From: Nitrospirota bacterium
Lineage (GTDB): Bacteria; Nitrospirota; UBA9217
Assembly: GCA_963737155.1 (NCBI GenBank)
Contig: CAVTRN010000002.1
Location: forward strand, 1,312,001 to 1,376,000
DNA: 64,000 bases
Direction: 5' to 3'
The notes beneath the pieces were generated by a model. It had not been told where the DNA came from, did no database searches, and saw only the letters and a list, made by a program, of their open reading frames with translations. This document shows, piece by piece, positions 46,581 through 59,140 of this stretch (position 1 is the first letter of the stretch; every line of letters begins with the position of its first letter). The position numbers and the translations under genes are program-made.

Positions 46581-49052
46581 TTGGACGAACGGTATAATTT
46601 CAAAAAAGTCGAAGAGCGCTGGCAGCGCTATTGGGCCGACAACAAAACGTTCAAGGTTGTCGAGGATGCATCAAAATCAAAATACTACTGCCTCGAAATG
46701 TTTCCTTATCCATCCGGCAGGATTCACATGGGTCATGTGAGAAATTACGCCATAGGCGACGTAATAGCCCGATATAAGCGAATGCGTGGATTCAATGTGC
46801 TTCACCCCATGGGGTGGGACTCTTTCGGACTTCCTGCCGAGAACGCCGCAATCAAACACGGAATTCATCCCTCAGCGTGGACCCTTGAAAACATCGCTTT
46901 TATGCGTGACAAACAACTCAAAAAGCTCGGGCTGTCCTATGATTGGGATCGGGAAGTAACGACCTGCCTCGAGGAATATTACCGCTGGAACCAGTGGTTT
47001 TTCATCAAAATGTACGAACGGGGTCTAGCGTACAAAAAACTCTCTTATTTGAATTGGTGCCCTTCCTGCAATACTGTTCTGGCAAACGAACAGGTTGTAG
47101 ACGGACTCTGCTGGCGATGCAGTTCCGTGGTGACGCACAAAGAACTTGAGCAATGGTTCTTCAAGATCACCGCCTATGCCGAAGAGCTTCTTGCTTATTG
47201 CGACAGGCTAACGGGATGGCCTGAGCGGGTACTTACGATGCAGCGAAACTGGCTCGGCAAGTCAGTCGGTGTTGAGGTGGATTTCATCATAGAAGGCTCG
47301 GGGGAAAAACTTGCGATCTTCACCACCCGACAGGATACGCTCTTCGGCGTGACGTTTATGAGTATTGCTCCCGAGCATCCCATGGTTGAATCGCTCATTC
47401 AGGGCCGGGAAGAGGCCGAGGCCGTTCGTTCCTTTGCCCAGCGCGTGATGCAGGAAGACAAATCGGTGCGCGCCGATGAAAAGCAGACGAAGGAAGGAGT
47501 GTTTACCGGGGCTTATGCGGTGAATCCCCTGAACAATGAAAAAGTGCCGATTTGGGTGGGGAATTTTGTACTTATGGAGTACGGAACCGGCGCAATCATG
47601 TCCGTGCCGGCCCATGATCAGCGTGATTTTGAGTTTGCAAAAAGGTACTCTTTGCCAATCCGGGTCGTGATCCAGAATTCGGAAATAAGTCTGGTCGCTG
47701 AAAAGATGACGCAGGCCTACACTGAAAATGGGGTTATGGTGAACTCAGGCAAATTCGACGGGATGTCCAATACAGAGGCAAAAGAGAAGATCGCCGGCCA
47801 TATTGAACAGAGCGGATTCGGAAAACAGACCGTCAACTGGCGACTCCGCGACTGGGGCATATCACGCCAGCGTTACTGGGGTACGCCGATTCCGGTCATA
47901 TATTGCGATTCGTGTGGAACTGTACTCGTTCCGGAAAAAGATCTTCCGGTCAAGCTGCCGGTTGATGTAGCCTTCACGGGCAAGGGCGGTTCTCCCCTGG
48001 CAGATTCCGTGGTGTTCCGCGAAATAACCTGCCCGAAATGCGGCGGTAAGGCGAGGCGCGAGACGGACACCATGGACACGTTTGTCGATTCGTCATGGTA
48101 TTTCCTGCGATACTGTTCGCCTAAAGAAAACAGCGTTCCCTTTGGCAAGAATGCTGCGGCATACTGGATGAATGTGGACCAGTATATCGGCGGCATCGAA
48201 CACGCCGTGCTGCACTTATTGTATGCGCGTTTCTTTACGAAAGTTTTACGCGACCTCGGTCTTTTCGAGGGAGATGAACCTTTCCTGAACCTGCTAACGC
48301 AAGGCATGGTGATCAAAGATGGCGCGAAAATGAGCAAGTCAAAGGGTAATGTCGTTGACCCTGACTTTATCCTCGCCAAGTATGGCGCTGATACGGCCCG
48401 GCTATTTTCCCTTTTCGCCGCACCGCCGGAGCGCGATCTCGAATGGAGCGACCAGGGCGTAGAGGGCGCATATCGGTTCTTGCACCGCGTCTGGACCATC
48501 GTGTTTAGGCACTGCGAGTTGGTTAAGAAGGTTAAATCCGTTGATCCTAAAGCCAAGGGAGACAAGCTGTACCGTAGAATGCATCTGACGATTAAAAAAG
48601 TGACCGAAGACATCGAACGGGAGTTTCATTTCAACACCGCGATCGCCGCGCTGATGGAGATGGTGAACGAATTATACGACTACGCATCGGGCGACGTGAC
48701 AGAAAAGCAACTGCCAGTGCTGCGTTCGGCGATTGACGCACTCACCTTGCTCATTTCCCCCTTCGCGCCTCATGTTGCCGAAGAGATCTGGGAAGCGATC
48801 GGGAATGATACGAGCATTGCAAACGCTCGCTGGCCTCAGTATGATTTGGATGCGATTAGCGCGTCGGAGGTGAACATCGTGGTGCAAGTGAACGGTAAGG
48901 TTAGAAGCAAACTTATGGTAGCCGCCGGAACTTCCGACAAGGAGATGGAAGCCGCGGCGCTTGCGGATCCAAGGGTTAAAGAATTTATGCAGGGCAAAGC
49001 ACCCCGGAAAGTGATCGTTGTGCAAGGAAAGCTCGTGAACGTAGTGGTATAG
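46581..49052 (+). CDS. leuS: Leucine-tRNA ligase
   Basis: [40 protein letters not shown]. Confidence 0.98.
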   Translation: MDERYNFKKVEERWQRYWADNKTFKVVEDASKSKYYCLEMFPYPSGRIHMGHVRNYAIGDVIARYKRMRGFNVLHPMGWDSFGLPAENAAIKHGIHPSAWTLENIAFMRDKQLKKLGLSYDWDREVTTCLEEYYRWNQWFFIKMYERGLAYKKLSYLNWCPSCNTVLANEQVVDGLCWRCSSVVTHKELEQWFFKITAYAEELLAYCDRLTGWPERVLTMQRNWLGKSVGVEVDFIIEGSGEKLAIFTTRQDTLFGVTFMSIAPEHPMVESLIQGREEAEAVRSFAQRVMQEDKSVRADEKQTKEGVFTGAYAVNPLNNEKVPIWVGNFVLMEYGTGAIMSVPAHDQRDFEFAKRYSLPIRVVIQNSEISLVAEKMTQAYTENGVMVNSGKFDGMSNTEAKEKIAGHIEQSGFGKQTVNWRLRDWGISRQRYWGTPIPVIYCDSCGTVLVPEKDLPVKLPVDVAFTGKGGSPLADSVVFREITCPKCGGKARRETDTMDTFVDSSWYFLRYCSPKENSVPFGKNAAAYWMNVDQYIGGIEHAVLHLLYARFFTKVLRDLGLFEGDEPFLNLLTQGMVIKDGAKMSKSKGNVVDPDFILAKYGADTARLFSLFAAPPERDLEWSDQGVEGAYRFLHRVWTIVFRHCELVKKVKSVDPKAKGDKLYRRMHLTIKKVTEDIEREFHFNTAIAALMEMVNELYDYASGDVTEKQLPVLRSAIDALTLLISPFAPHVAEEIWEAIGNDTSIANARWPQYDLDAISASEVNIVVQVNGKVRSKLMVAAGTSDKEMEAAALADPRVKEFMQGKAPRKVIVVQGKLVNVVV

Positions 49053-49100
49053 AACACCTCCTATGGAGCGGAAGAATTTTAACTATTGATACGAGGCGTC

Positions 49101-49637
49101 ATGAATCACGTAAAAAAGTATACTATTGCGATCGCCGCATTCTGGATGATGGCAGCGCTCGCCTCCTGCGGCTACCATTTTACACCGGTGGGAGGTATCA
49201 TCCCGCAAGGAGCAAAGACCATTGCGATTCCGGTATTCCTCAATAACACTTATGAACCCTATATAGATGTCGAGGCCACGAAGGCTGTCGTTGAGGAATT
49301 TCTGACCGATGGCAGGCTCAAGGTCGTCAGCACGGATGCTGCAGATATTGTGTTGAGGGGGAAAGTTACCAAATTCGAGCTTGCTCCGCAGACGTATTCG
49401 ACTAATCCCTATGTAACCTCTTATAATATTACAATCTATGTGTCAATAAGCGTAATCGATGAGAAAACACAAAAGGTTCTCTTGGAGAACTCAAGTGTCG
49501 GAACGGTTTTTAACTCAGGCTATTCGGTGAGTTTGGGGAACATCTCCGAGACGAAGATAGCGAAATCGGCCGCCATCACGAATGCTTGCCAGGATCTCGC
49601 TTCGTCGATCAGGAGCAGGGTTTTGGAGGGGTTTTGA
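49101..49637 (+). CDS. lptE: LPS assembly lipoprotein LptE
   Basis: Lipobox LASCGYH; conserved leuS-lptE-holA synteny. Confidence 0.85.
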   Translation: MNHVKKYTIAIAAFWMMAALASCGYHFTPVGGIIPQGAKTIAIPVFLNNTYEPYIDVEATKAVVEEFLTDGRLKVVSTDAADIVLRGKVTKFELAPQTYSTNPYVTSYNITIYVSISVIDEKTQKVLLENSSVGTVFNSGYSVSLGNISETKIAKSAAITNACQDLASSIRSRVLEGF

Positions 49638-49752
49638 ACTTATCAAAATCCAAGAAGGTCTGTTTCATGGGGACTAGTTCGGTATCCTGATGCAACCGAA
49701 GTTATGAAGATTCTCACTATTTGCAAGAAATTCCCTGGCTTTTTGGCGAAGC

Positions 49753-50751
49753 ATGACAAAATATCAAGACCTCATATCTAGCGTTAAAAAGCACAAGATC
49801 CTTCCGCTCTACTTGCTTTATGGTGAAGAAGCGTTCCTGATCCAAGAGGCTCTTGATCTCATCATCAAAGAGGTTGTAGATCCCGTTTCCGCAGACTTTA
49901 ACTTCAACACCGTTTACTGCCGCGACACGTCGGCGGCGGTCATTGTCGCCCTTGCGCAAACCCTGCCGTTCATGTCAAATATGCGACTCGTTATCGCAAA
50001 AGAATTTGACGCCTTCAAAGCCGGAGAACTCGAGGAACTCGTTCCATACCTCAACGATCCGTCTCCTACAACATGTCTGGTCATGGTTTCCAGCCAGGGA
50101 AAGTATGAAAAAAAATCTGTGGTTTCAGCGGTGGAAGCACAGGGGGCGGTCATCCGTTTTTATCCGCTTTTGGAGAGGGAGATCGTAGGGTGGATCGAAG
50201 GGTGGGCCAGGACGCGAGGTCTTTCCTTGCAGCGCGATGCCGCTCTGTATCTCTGGCAGATTATAGGAAATGACCTTCAGAAGATCGTCAACGAGCTTCA
50301 GAAAGTGGAAATATATATCAAAGAGGGGAAGACCGTTACGTTAGAAGAGGTAAAGATCGTGGTCGGTGATTTCCGGGAGTACACATCCTTTGACCTTGCA
50401 GCAGCTGTCGGGCAAAAAGACCGGGGAAAAGCACTCCTGATACTTTCGCGCCTGATCCAGGAAGGGGAGGCGCCAGCGGGGCTGCTAGGTTCGATTGCCT
50501 GGAATTTTCGTAGGATCCTTCAGGCTAAGGAGATGGAGGCAGCCGGAATCGGGCCTGATGAAATCCTGAGAAAGCTAAGGGTTATTTTTCACCAGACCGC
50601 TCTTTTCAAGGAACAGATGAGACGTCATACCGTGGATGAACTGATAGGGGCTTTTCCCGTGATGCTGTCAACGGATCGCGCCCTTAAATCAAGCGGCCTC
50701 AATGGGAAATTACTTTTAGAGCGTATGATCCTGAATTTGTGCAGTATGTAA
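49753..50751 (+). CDS. holA: DNA polymerase III subunit delta
   Basis: LYLLYGEEAFL, TLPFMS, ELQK, DRALKS; synteny. Confidence 0.93.
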   Translation: MTKYQDLISSVKKHKILPLYLLYGEEAFLIQEALDLIIKEVVDPVSADFNFNTVYCRDTSAAVIVALAQTLPFMSNMRLVIAKEFDAFKAGELEELVPYLNDPSPTTCLVMVSSQGKYEKKSVVSAVEAQGAVIRFYPLLEREIVGWIEGWARTRGLSLQRDAALYLWQIIGNDLQKIVNELQKVEIYIKEGKTVTLEEVKIVVGDFREYTSFDLAAAVGQKDRGKALLILSRLIQEGEAPAGLLGSIAWNFRRILQAKEMEAAGIGPDEILRKLRVIFHQTALFKEQMRRHTVDELIGAFPVMLSTDRALKSSGLNGKLLLERMILNLCSM

Positions 50752-50855
50752 CGAACGAAGAATGTTCGGCGATTGATTCCGGGCGCGGAGAGGGTAAAGG
50801 AACTCCCCTTTCAGCAAAAAAACCGAAAGGGGAATAAATTACTTTACAGGGACTA

Positions 50856-51125
50856 TCAAGCTGACGTGATCTTGCTTACCTTCGTGGAAAGACGCGAGAT
50901 CATCCGGGATGCAGTATTTTTATGTACGATGCCCTGTGAAGTCGCCTTGTCGTAAGCCTTCATTGCCTTAGTCAGGGCTACTTTTGCGACGTCGGCTTTT
51001 TTTTCGGCCGTGGCCAGTTCGACTTTTTTAGCTATCGTCTTGAGCGCGGATTTCGCTGATTTATTGATCAGATGCTTTTTGTCTGCCTGCTTCTGCCTTT
51101 TGATCACGGATTTGTGGATCGCCAC
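50856..51125 (-). CDS. rpsT: 30S ribosomal protein S20
   Basis: AIHKSVIKRQKQ, HKNTASRMISRL; AGGAGG RBS before GTG 51125. Confidence 0.95.
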   Translation of the reverse strand: MAIHKSVIKRQKQADKKHLINKSAKSALKTIAKKVELATAEKKADVAKVALTKAMKAYDKATSQGIVHKNTASRMISRLSTKVSKITSA

Positions 51126-51281
51126 TTCTTGCCTCCTTTGGGTTAAAAACAACTTATTCTTTTAACATAAAGAGGAGTGGACTGTCAAGAAAAAAAACCT
51201 TTTCTTGCCGACCCTTTTCTGATAAAGTTACCGCTCATTTATTAAGACTTAAGCTCAGTCAGTTGCATGAGGTGAATCTGA

Positions 51282-52859
51282 ATGTCCGAAAAGACGAGGA
51301 TCGCCAAGGCGGCAGGCGTTGTCGGTCTTGCCACCTTAGGAAGCCGCTTATTGGGGTATATCCGCGATATGGTCATGTCCTGGGCTTTTGGCACCGGTTT
51401 GGCGGCCGATGCTTTTTACGTCGCCTATCGAATCCCGAACCTCCTGCGCGAGCTACTCGCCGAGGGATCCATGTCAGCAGCATTTATCCCTGTTTTCACG
51501 GAAACGCTTACCAAGGAATCCCGGGAGAGTGCACATCATCTGGCCAATGCGGTGTTCGCGAGACTTCTCATCCTGCTGATCATCATCACCGGATTCGGCA
51601 TCCTCTTTGCGCCCTATGTGGTCAGGATTGTAGCTTGGGGTTGGTCATACAAGGCTGAACATGACAAATACGTTCTCAGCGTTACCCTGACAAGAATCAT
51701 GTTCCCGTATCTCCTGTTCATCGGCCTCGCCGCGCTGGCCATGGGCATGCTCAATTCCCTCCGGTCTTTTCTCATGCCAGCGCTTTCGCCGGTCATGCTG
51801 AACGTCACGATTATCACCGCAGCGGCTTTGAGCCTACGGTTCATGGCCGACCCAATCCTCGGCGTAGCTTTTGGTGTTGTTCTCGGCGGCATATGCCAGG
51901 TTCTTATACAGGTACCAGGGCTCCAGAAACAGAATATGATGGTTCGCTTCCAAATGGAGCCGACTCATCCCGGTGTCATAAAAATGGGCCGGCTGGTGTT
52001 GCCCGTATTCCTGAGTTCTTCGGCGAACCAGCTTAATATATTTATCGGAACCATCTTCGCGTCTTTTCTGAAAACTGGGAGCATTTCCTACTTATACTAC
52101 GGCATGAGGCTTATCCAATTTCCCTTGGGCATATTCGGCATCGCTATTGCCACAGCCGTGCTTCCGACCATGTCCGTCCAAGCAGCACGACGTGAACTTG
52201 AGGAATTTCGAGATACGCTGTCGCTTGGGCTGCGGATTGTTTTCTTCATCATGTTCCCGGCTATGGTCGGCATTATCACACTTCACATGCCAATAGTCAG
52301 CTTGTTGCTCGAACACGGCCATTTCGACCAGTTGTCGACACAGGGAACCGCGACTGCACTTCTTTATTACGCTATGGGTCTCTGGGCTTTTGCGGGAGTG
52401 CGTATCGTGGTGCAGGCGTTTTACGCGCTCCAAGATACCAGGACACCTGTAGCCATTGCCGTAGTCTCGCTTTCCGCCAACATTATGTTAAGCTTCTCTT
52501 TTGTCAGGTGGACCTCATTGGCGCACGGCGGGCTCGCTCTTGCTGTTTCTTTGTCTGCGATGCTCAATATCAGCCTGCTTACCTGGCAGCTCAGAAAAAA
52601 GATCGGCCGCATTGACGGACGCCGAATATTTAAATCTCTAATAAAAATTGTTCCCGCATCACTTGCCATGGGCGTGATCGGTTTGTGGATCAGCATGAAC
52701 CCCCTCTGGAATAAGGGCGGAAATACGTTCGTGAAGGCCCAACTCCTGGGAGGCTGCATAGCCGTTTGCATTATGTTCTACCTTGTCGTAATGTGGATAC
52801 TGAGAAGCGAGGAGTTGAAATTCCTGTGGGGGATGGTGAGGAGAAGGGAGCAGGAGTAG
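51282..52859 (+). CDS. murJ: Lipid II flippase MurJ
   Basis: SRLLGYIRD, AYRIPNLLR..EGSMSAAFIP, RLIQFPLG, FYALQDTRTP. Confidence 0.96.
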   Translation: MSEKTRIAKAAGVVGLATLGSRLLGYIRDMVMSWAFGTGLAADAFYVAYRIPNLLRELLAEGSMSAAFIPVFTETLTKESRESAHHLANAVFARLLILLIIITGFGILFAPYVVRIVAWGWSYKAEHDKYVLSVTLTRIMFPYLLFIGLAALAMGMLNSLRSFLMPALSPVMLNVTIITAAALSLRFMADPILGVAFGVVLGGICQVLIQVPGLQKQNMMVRFQMEPTHPGVIKMGRLVLPVFLSSSANQLNIFIGTIFASFLKTGSISYLYYGMRLIQFPLGIFGIAIATAVLPTMSVQAARRELEEFRDTLSLGLRIVFFIMFPAMVGIITLHMPIVSLLLEHGHFDQLSTQGTATALLYYAMGLWAFAGVRIVVQAFYALQDTRTPVAIAVVSLSANIMLSFSFVRWTSLAHGGLALAVSLSAMLNISLLTWQLRKKIGRIDGRRIFKSLIKIVPASLAMGVIGLWISMNPLWNKGGNTFVKAQLLGGCIAVCIMFYLVVMWILRSEELKFLWGMVRRREQE

Positions 52860-52924
52860 GGTGTGGAACGGTTTCAAATCAGTGCTTGATCAGGAGATTC
52901 CAGCTATGGAAGGAGATTAAAAAT

Positions 52925-53563
52925 ATGATCCTTATGCGACTCGTTGTAGGTCCTCTGCAGGTAAATTGTTTCCTCCTCGCGGACGATAAAACCAAAGAGG
53001 CAGTGGTAATCGATCCGGGTGACGACGCCCCGGAAATTTTGAAAATCATAAGGGAGAAAGGGCTTAAGGTAAAATTTATCATTAATACCCATGCCCATTT
53101 CGATCACATTGGCGCAAACAGGGCCATTAAGGAAGCAACCGGCGCGGAGCTGCTGATGCACGAGGACGATGCGGCGGTTCTTGCCACTGCATCGAGCCAG
53201 TCCCGCTCCTTCGGGATGAATCCCGTTTCCTCCCCGGAACCCGACAGGTTCCTGAAGCATGGAGACGTCATAAAGGCCGGAGAGGTGTCTTTGAAAGTAT
53301 TGCATACGCCCGGTCACACGCCGGGAGGCATCAGCCTGCTGGAGGAAGGGCTGGTTTTTACGGGAGATTCTTTGTTCGCAGGATCCATAGGGAGGACGGA
53401 TTTTCCTGGAGGCGACCTCCAGACGCTCCTGCACTCCATCAGGACGAACCTCATGACCCTCCCGGACGATACCAAGGTCTTCTCCGGGCATGGTCCTGCT
53501 TCAACCATTGGCGACGAACGTACGGAAAACCCCTTCTTGAACGAAGATTCCGGATTTGTATAG
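52925..53563 (+). CDS. MBL-fold metallo-hydrolase (glyoxalase II / YcbL-like)
   Basis: THAHFDHIG, HTPGHTPG, FTGD, GRTD, GHG. Confidence 0.93.
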   Translation: MILMRLVVGPLQVNCFLLADDKTKEAVVIDPGDDAPEILKIIREKGLKVKFIINTHAHFDHIGANRAIKEATGAELLMHEDDAAVLATASSQSRSFGMNPVSSPEPDRFLKHGDVIKAGEVSLKVLHTPGHTPGGISLLEEGLVFTGDSLFAGSIGRTDFPGGDLQTLLHSIRTNLMTLPDDTKVFSGHGPASTIGDERTENPFLNEDSGFV

Positions 53564-53694
53564 TTGGTTTCTCTTGAGGTTTATCAGCTACTGTGGTAAG
53601 ATAAAAAATTCTCATTGAGCGATGCAGGGACGGGAAATACTATTCCGACATCCTGCGCCAGCAATCGCGCAACATGAATCATATTTTATTATGA

Positions 53695-55167
<1,473 letters not shown>

Positions 55168-55241
55168 AACTGGAGTCAACTGAGTACAGGAAACGCGAGA
55201 TAAGGGAAAAAACCGGCTGCAACGGGCTGGGAACATGAATT

Positions 55242-55427
55242 ATGTCGAAAGTCATTCCCATCAGGAAAGTACGGAGCGCAAAAAGCGAGAGCAATTCAGC
55301 CACAGACAGTCATGAGGGGTTCACTCCCTGCAGTCAAGACATGACCATCTGTGGTGATTGTCAAGGGAACAGGGCAAGGCATATGTGCCCGCGCCTAAAA
55401 GAGTGGCTGGCGAAGAATGAAAACTGA
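55242..55427 (+). CDS. Small Cys-containing hypothetical protein
   Basis: 61 aa with C-x6-CxxC-x8-C; fills the gap between guaB and the DUF523 gene in the same orientation. Confidence 0.45.
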   Translation: MSKVIPIRKVRSAKSESNSATDSHEGFTPCSQDMTICGDCQGNRARHMCPRLKEWLAKNEN

Positions 55428-55509
55428 ATGCGCGGCAATTGTCGTCATATGATCTAAAGTCCAACGCTCTGGATGAATTTGTGCCCAGGGCGTTCTTGTT
55501 TGAATTGCC

Positions 55510-56460
55510 ATGGCTGATAAAATAAAGATAGGCATCAGCTCCTGTCTTCTCGGGAACTACGTCCGGTATGACGGGGGAAACAAGCTTGATCATAATCTTC
55601 GGGACACATTCGGACAATTTGTTGAATGGGTGCCAGTGTGTCCGGAAGTGGAATCGGGCCTGCCCGTGCCGAGGGAGGCCATGCACCTTGTCGGGAACAC
55701 CGTTGCTCCGAGGCTTGTAACAAAGATTACCGGAATTGACCACGGAGACCGCTTATCGGGGTGGACGAAAAGGAAACTTCGTTATCTGGACAAGGATGGC
55801 ATCTGTGGGTTTGTATTCAAGGCTCGGTCGCCCAGTTGCGGCTTGGATAACGTAAAAATCCATTCCCGGGCCGGAACAGCGCACGGCAAAGGCTCAGGAA
55901 TCTTTGTAAAGGCATTCATGGACCGGTTCCCGTCCCTCCCCATAGGAGATGAAGAGAGGATGCGGAATGCCGTTATCAGGGAGAATTTCATCGAACGAAT
56001 CTTCGTGTGCCAGAGATGGCGAGAATTTGAAATGCATGACGGCACAACTGCTGGCCTGGTTCGATTTCACGCCTCCCATAAACTTCTTATGATGTCTCAC
56101 AGTATCAAGCATCTGAGGGAACTCGGTGCGATGGTTACGAATGGAGAGAGACTGGGACGTTCCGTTTTATTCGAGAGGTATGAACAGGCTCTCGTGGCAT
56201 GCATGCGGCTTCCAGGAACTGTGAAGAAACACGTGAATGTCTTGCAGTACCTGGCGGGTAATTTCAAAAAACAGCTGTCTTGTGAGGATAAAGAGGAATT
56301 ACAGGATGCCATTCTCTGCTACCGCAGCGGCTTGGTCCCTCTGATTGTACCAATTACACTCATCAGGCATTATGCCAGGCAATATGATATTCCCTATCTG
56401 CAGCATCAGTGTTACCTGAATCCTCATCCGCTCGAACTGATGCTGAGATATCACGCCTAA
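55510..56460 (+). CDS. DUF523 (TudS-like) plus DUF1722 protein, YbgA family
   Basis: GISSCLLG..VRYDGG, VCPEVE.GLPVPRE, SPSCG, FHASHKLLMMSHS, YLNPHP. Confidence 0.92.
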   Translation: MADKIKIGISSCLLGNYVRYDGGNKLDHNLRDTFGQFVEWVPVCPEVESGLPVPREAMHLVGNTVAPRLVTKITGIDHGDRLSGWTKRKLRYLDKDGICGFVFKARSPSCGLDNVKIHSRAGTAHGKGSGIFVKAFMDRFPSLPIGDEERMRNAVIRENFIERIFVCQRWREFEMHDGTTAGLVRFHASHKLLMMSHSIKHLRELGAMVTNGERLGRSVLFERYEQALVACMRLPGTVKKHVNVLQYLAGNFKKQLSCEDKEELQDAILCYRSGLVPLIVPITLIRHYARQYDIPYLQHQCYLNPHPLELMLRYHA

Positions 56461-56586
56461 ACAGAGATTTATTACCTCTCGTTGCTGGCATTCTGGAAAA
56501 CTTTTCGTTTGATTTTACCAGCCTGTGATGTTATTATTTTCGGCACTGCTGAAAAAAGTGAAATATAACGAGGTTCTCCGCAAAAA

Positions 56587-59070
56587 TTGGACATGATGGA
56601 AAAATGGATTGGAAATGTTCTCCACTTATTCAAGAAGTTCGGCCGCTTTGTCTGGGAAAAGTTCAAAGTCTTCTGGTTCATGATCGTCGTTCCGTGTTTG
56701 AAAAATCTGACGCCTAAAAAAGCCCTTAAACTGCTCGGGATAGCCATCGTCGCAGGTGTGGTCTTCGTCGCTTTTCTGTTCTATATCCTTTCCTTCGGAC
56801 TACCCACGGTTGATTCTCTCAAGGACTACAAGCCGAGCCCCGGAACGGTTATTCTTTCTGAAGACGGACGAGTGCTCGGAAACATCAGGATCGAGAAAGG
56901 CGTCTATGTGCCGTTCAAGCGAATCCCGAAATTCATGGTGAATGCGCTGATTGCAACCGAGGATCCCCGATTTTACCAGCACGGTGGAATCGATTTCCGG
57001 GGGATCGTGCGGGCCGCGCTGAAAGACATCATTTCTGTCCAGCTGAAACAGGGCGGCAGCACTATTACCCAGCAGCTCACGAAAGTGGTATTCCTCTCGC
57101 CGGAACGGAAGTTCAAGCGGAAAATCAAGGAAATTATTCTTGCTCGTCGGCTCGAAAAGGAGCTGACCAAGAATGAGATTCTCGAACTCTATCTCAATAA
57201 AGTCTATTTCGGCCACGGCGCATACGGTGTCCAGATGGCGGCTGAGACCTACTTCGGGAAAAATATCTGGGAAGTTAATCAGGCTGAAGCTGCGTTGCTG
57301 GCCGGGCTGCCTCAATCGCCAATGGCCTACTCACCCTATGGCGACATTGACCTGACGAAACTGAGACAATCGCATGTTCTCAAGAGGATGGTCGAGGAAG
57401 GGTATATTAATGAAGCCCAGGCAAAGGACATCTATAACCAGCGCCTCAATCTCGAAAACCTGCGGCTCCAGGAGGAAGTGGCGCCCCACGTAGTCGACTA
57501 CATACGAAAGTACATTGAAAAAAAGTACGGTCTCGATAAACTTTACCAGGGTGGGCTAAAAGTCTATACGACCATAGACTTCGATCTTCAGCGCACTGCG
57601 GTCATGGCGCTCCGAGAAGGTTTGCGCGCCCTCGACAAGCGGCAGGGTTTTCGGGGAAAAGTCGGTTTCAAAAAGCTTAAATCAACAGCAATTCAGTGGA
57701 ACTCTCTTCGCGTAATGGTCAAGTCCGGCGAGAGCTTTAATGCCCAAGTGCTTGCTGTCGATGACAACACCATCACGGTTAAGGGCCGCGGTCTCATTGG
57801 ATACATAATGCACGACGACATGGCTTGGGCGCTTGTAAAGCAGAAGAGAAAAAAGGACGATCCCGAGGTGTTTAAGAAACCGCAGGATGTAGTCCAGGCA
57901 GGCGATATCATCAAGGTCAGGTTCAAGGATTTCGACAAAAAGAAGCAAATTGCATCCTTTATTCTGGATCAGGTACCACTTGTGGAGGGTGCCGTGGTCT
58001 CCATCGAGCCCTATACCGGCTATGTACGTGTCATGGTCGGTGGCTATGACTTTGTAGAGGGCGGTTTTAATCACGCCACTGACGCTAGAAGACAGCCGGG
58101 TTCCTCGTTCAAACCCTTTGTTTATGGAGCGGCGCTCGAAAACGGATTCACTCCGGCATCGATCTTGATGGATCTGCCGGTGATACATGAGAAGAGCGAA
58201 TCCGAGAAGAAAACCTGGAAACCGGAAAACTACGATGACCGGTTCCTGGGCCCCATGCGCATGCGTACCGCTCTCGCGCTCTCGCGCAACGCAGTGACCG
58301 TATCTCTACTCGAAAAAATCGGGCTTGAAAAGACCATAGATTTTGCCCGCAAGGCTGGAATCACCAGCCAGATCAACTATGACTATACTACAGCTTTGGG
58401 CTCCTCGGCGGTCACGCCGCTGGAACTTACATCTGCCTATGCGACTTTCGCTTCGCAGGGCGTGCGCACCGCGCCGATCCTCATAAAGAGCATTGTGGAC
58501 GGCACCGGAGCGGTCCTTGAAAACTATGAACCTCAGCCTGTGGAAGTGATAGATCCGACAACTGCCTATTTAGTCACAAGTCTCTTAAAGAGTGTAGTCG
58601 AAGAGGGAACGGGGCGGGGCGCGAAGGTTCTAGGCAGACCGGTAGCGGGCAAGACGGGAACAACGAACAACTTCATAGATGCCTGGTTTATCGGGTACGC
58701 ACCAAGTATTGTGACCGGCGTCTGGGTCGGGTATGACAACCCCCGGGCTTCCCTGGGCGACAAGGAGACCGGCGCGCGGGCCGCACTGCCTATCTGGATT
58801 CCTATCATGGCCAAGGCGCTCGCTAACAAACCGCCCGATGATTTTGCCCCGACCGAAGATATTGTATCCGTGAAAATCGATCCCGATACGGGTCTTCTAG
58901 CGCGTGACGGCCAGACTGATGCCATCACCGATGTTTTCCGCAAGGGGACGGAGCCAACGCAATATGCTGATATAAACGGGAAAAAAACGGACAAATTCTA
59001 TCTTTTCGATCAGGGTGGCGCTGAAAATGAGACGAAGAAACAGATACCGGAGGACGAGATTCCCGATTAG
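56587..59070 (+). CDS. mrcA: Penicillin-binding protein 1A
   Basis: EDPRFYQHGG, GGSTITQQ, LELYLN, PGSSFK (SxxK), SRN, GKTGTT. Confidence 0.95.
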   Translation: MDMMEKWIGNVLHLFKKFGRFVWEKFKVFWFMIVVPCLKNLTPKKALKLLGIAIVAGVVFVAFLFYILSFGLPTVDSLKDYKPSPGTVILSEDGRVLGNIRIEKGVYVPFKRIPKFMVNALIATEDPRFYQHGGIDFRGIVRAALKDIISVQLKQGGSTITQQLTKVVFLSPERKFKRKIKEIILARRLEKELTKNEILELYLNKVYFGHGAYGVQMAAETYFGKNIWEVNQAEAALLAGLPQSPMAYSPYGDIDLTKLRQSHVLKRMVEEGYINEAQAKDIYNQRLNLENLRLQEEVAPHVVDYIRKYIEKKYGLDKLYQGGLKVYTTIDFDLQRTAVMALREGLRALDKRQGFRGKVGFKKLKSTAIQWNSLRVMVKSGESFNAQVLAVDDNTITVKGRGLIGYIMHDDMAWALVKQKRKKDDPEVFKKPQDVVQAGDIIKVRFKDFDKKKQIASFILDQVPLVEGAVVSIEPYTGYVRVMVGGYDFVEGGFNHATDARRQPGSSFKPFVYGAALENGFTPASILMDLPVIHEKSESEKKTWKPENYDDRFLGPMRMRTALALSRNAVTVSLLEKIGLEKTIDFARKAGITSQINYDYTTALGSSAVTPLELTSAYATFASQGVRTAPILIKSIVDGTGAVLENYEPQPVEVIDPTTAYLVTSLLKSVVEEGTGRGAKVLGRPVAGKTGTTNNFIDAWFIGYAPSIVTGVWVGYDNPRASLGDKETGARAALPIWIPIMAKALANKPPDDFAPTEDIVSVKIDPDTGLLARDGQTDAITDVFRKGTEPTQYADINGKKTDKFYLFDQGGAENETKKQIPEDEIPD

Positions 59071-59140
59071 AGGATATACCGGAATTAGCAGACCGGGATA
59101 GCATGAAGATGATGATAAGCGGGCCAGGGAAGGAAATTGA

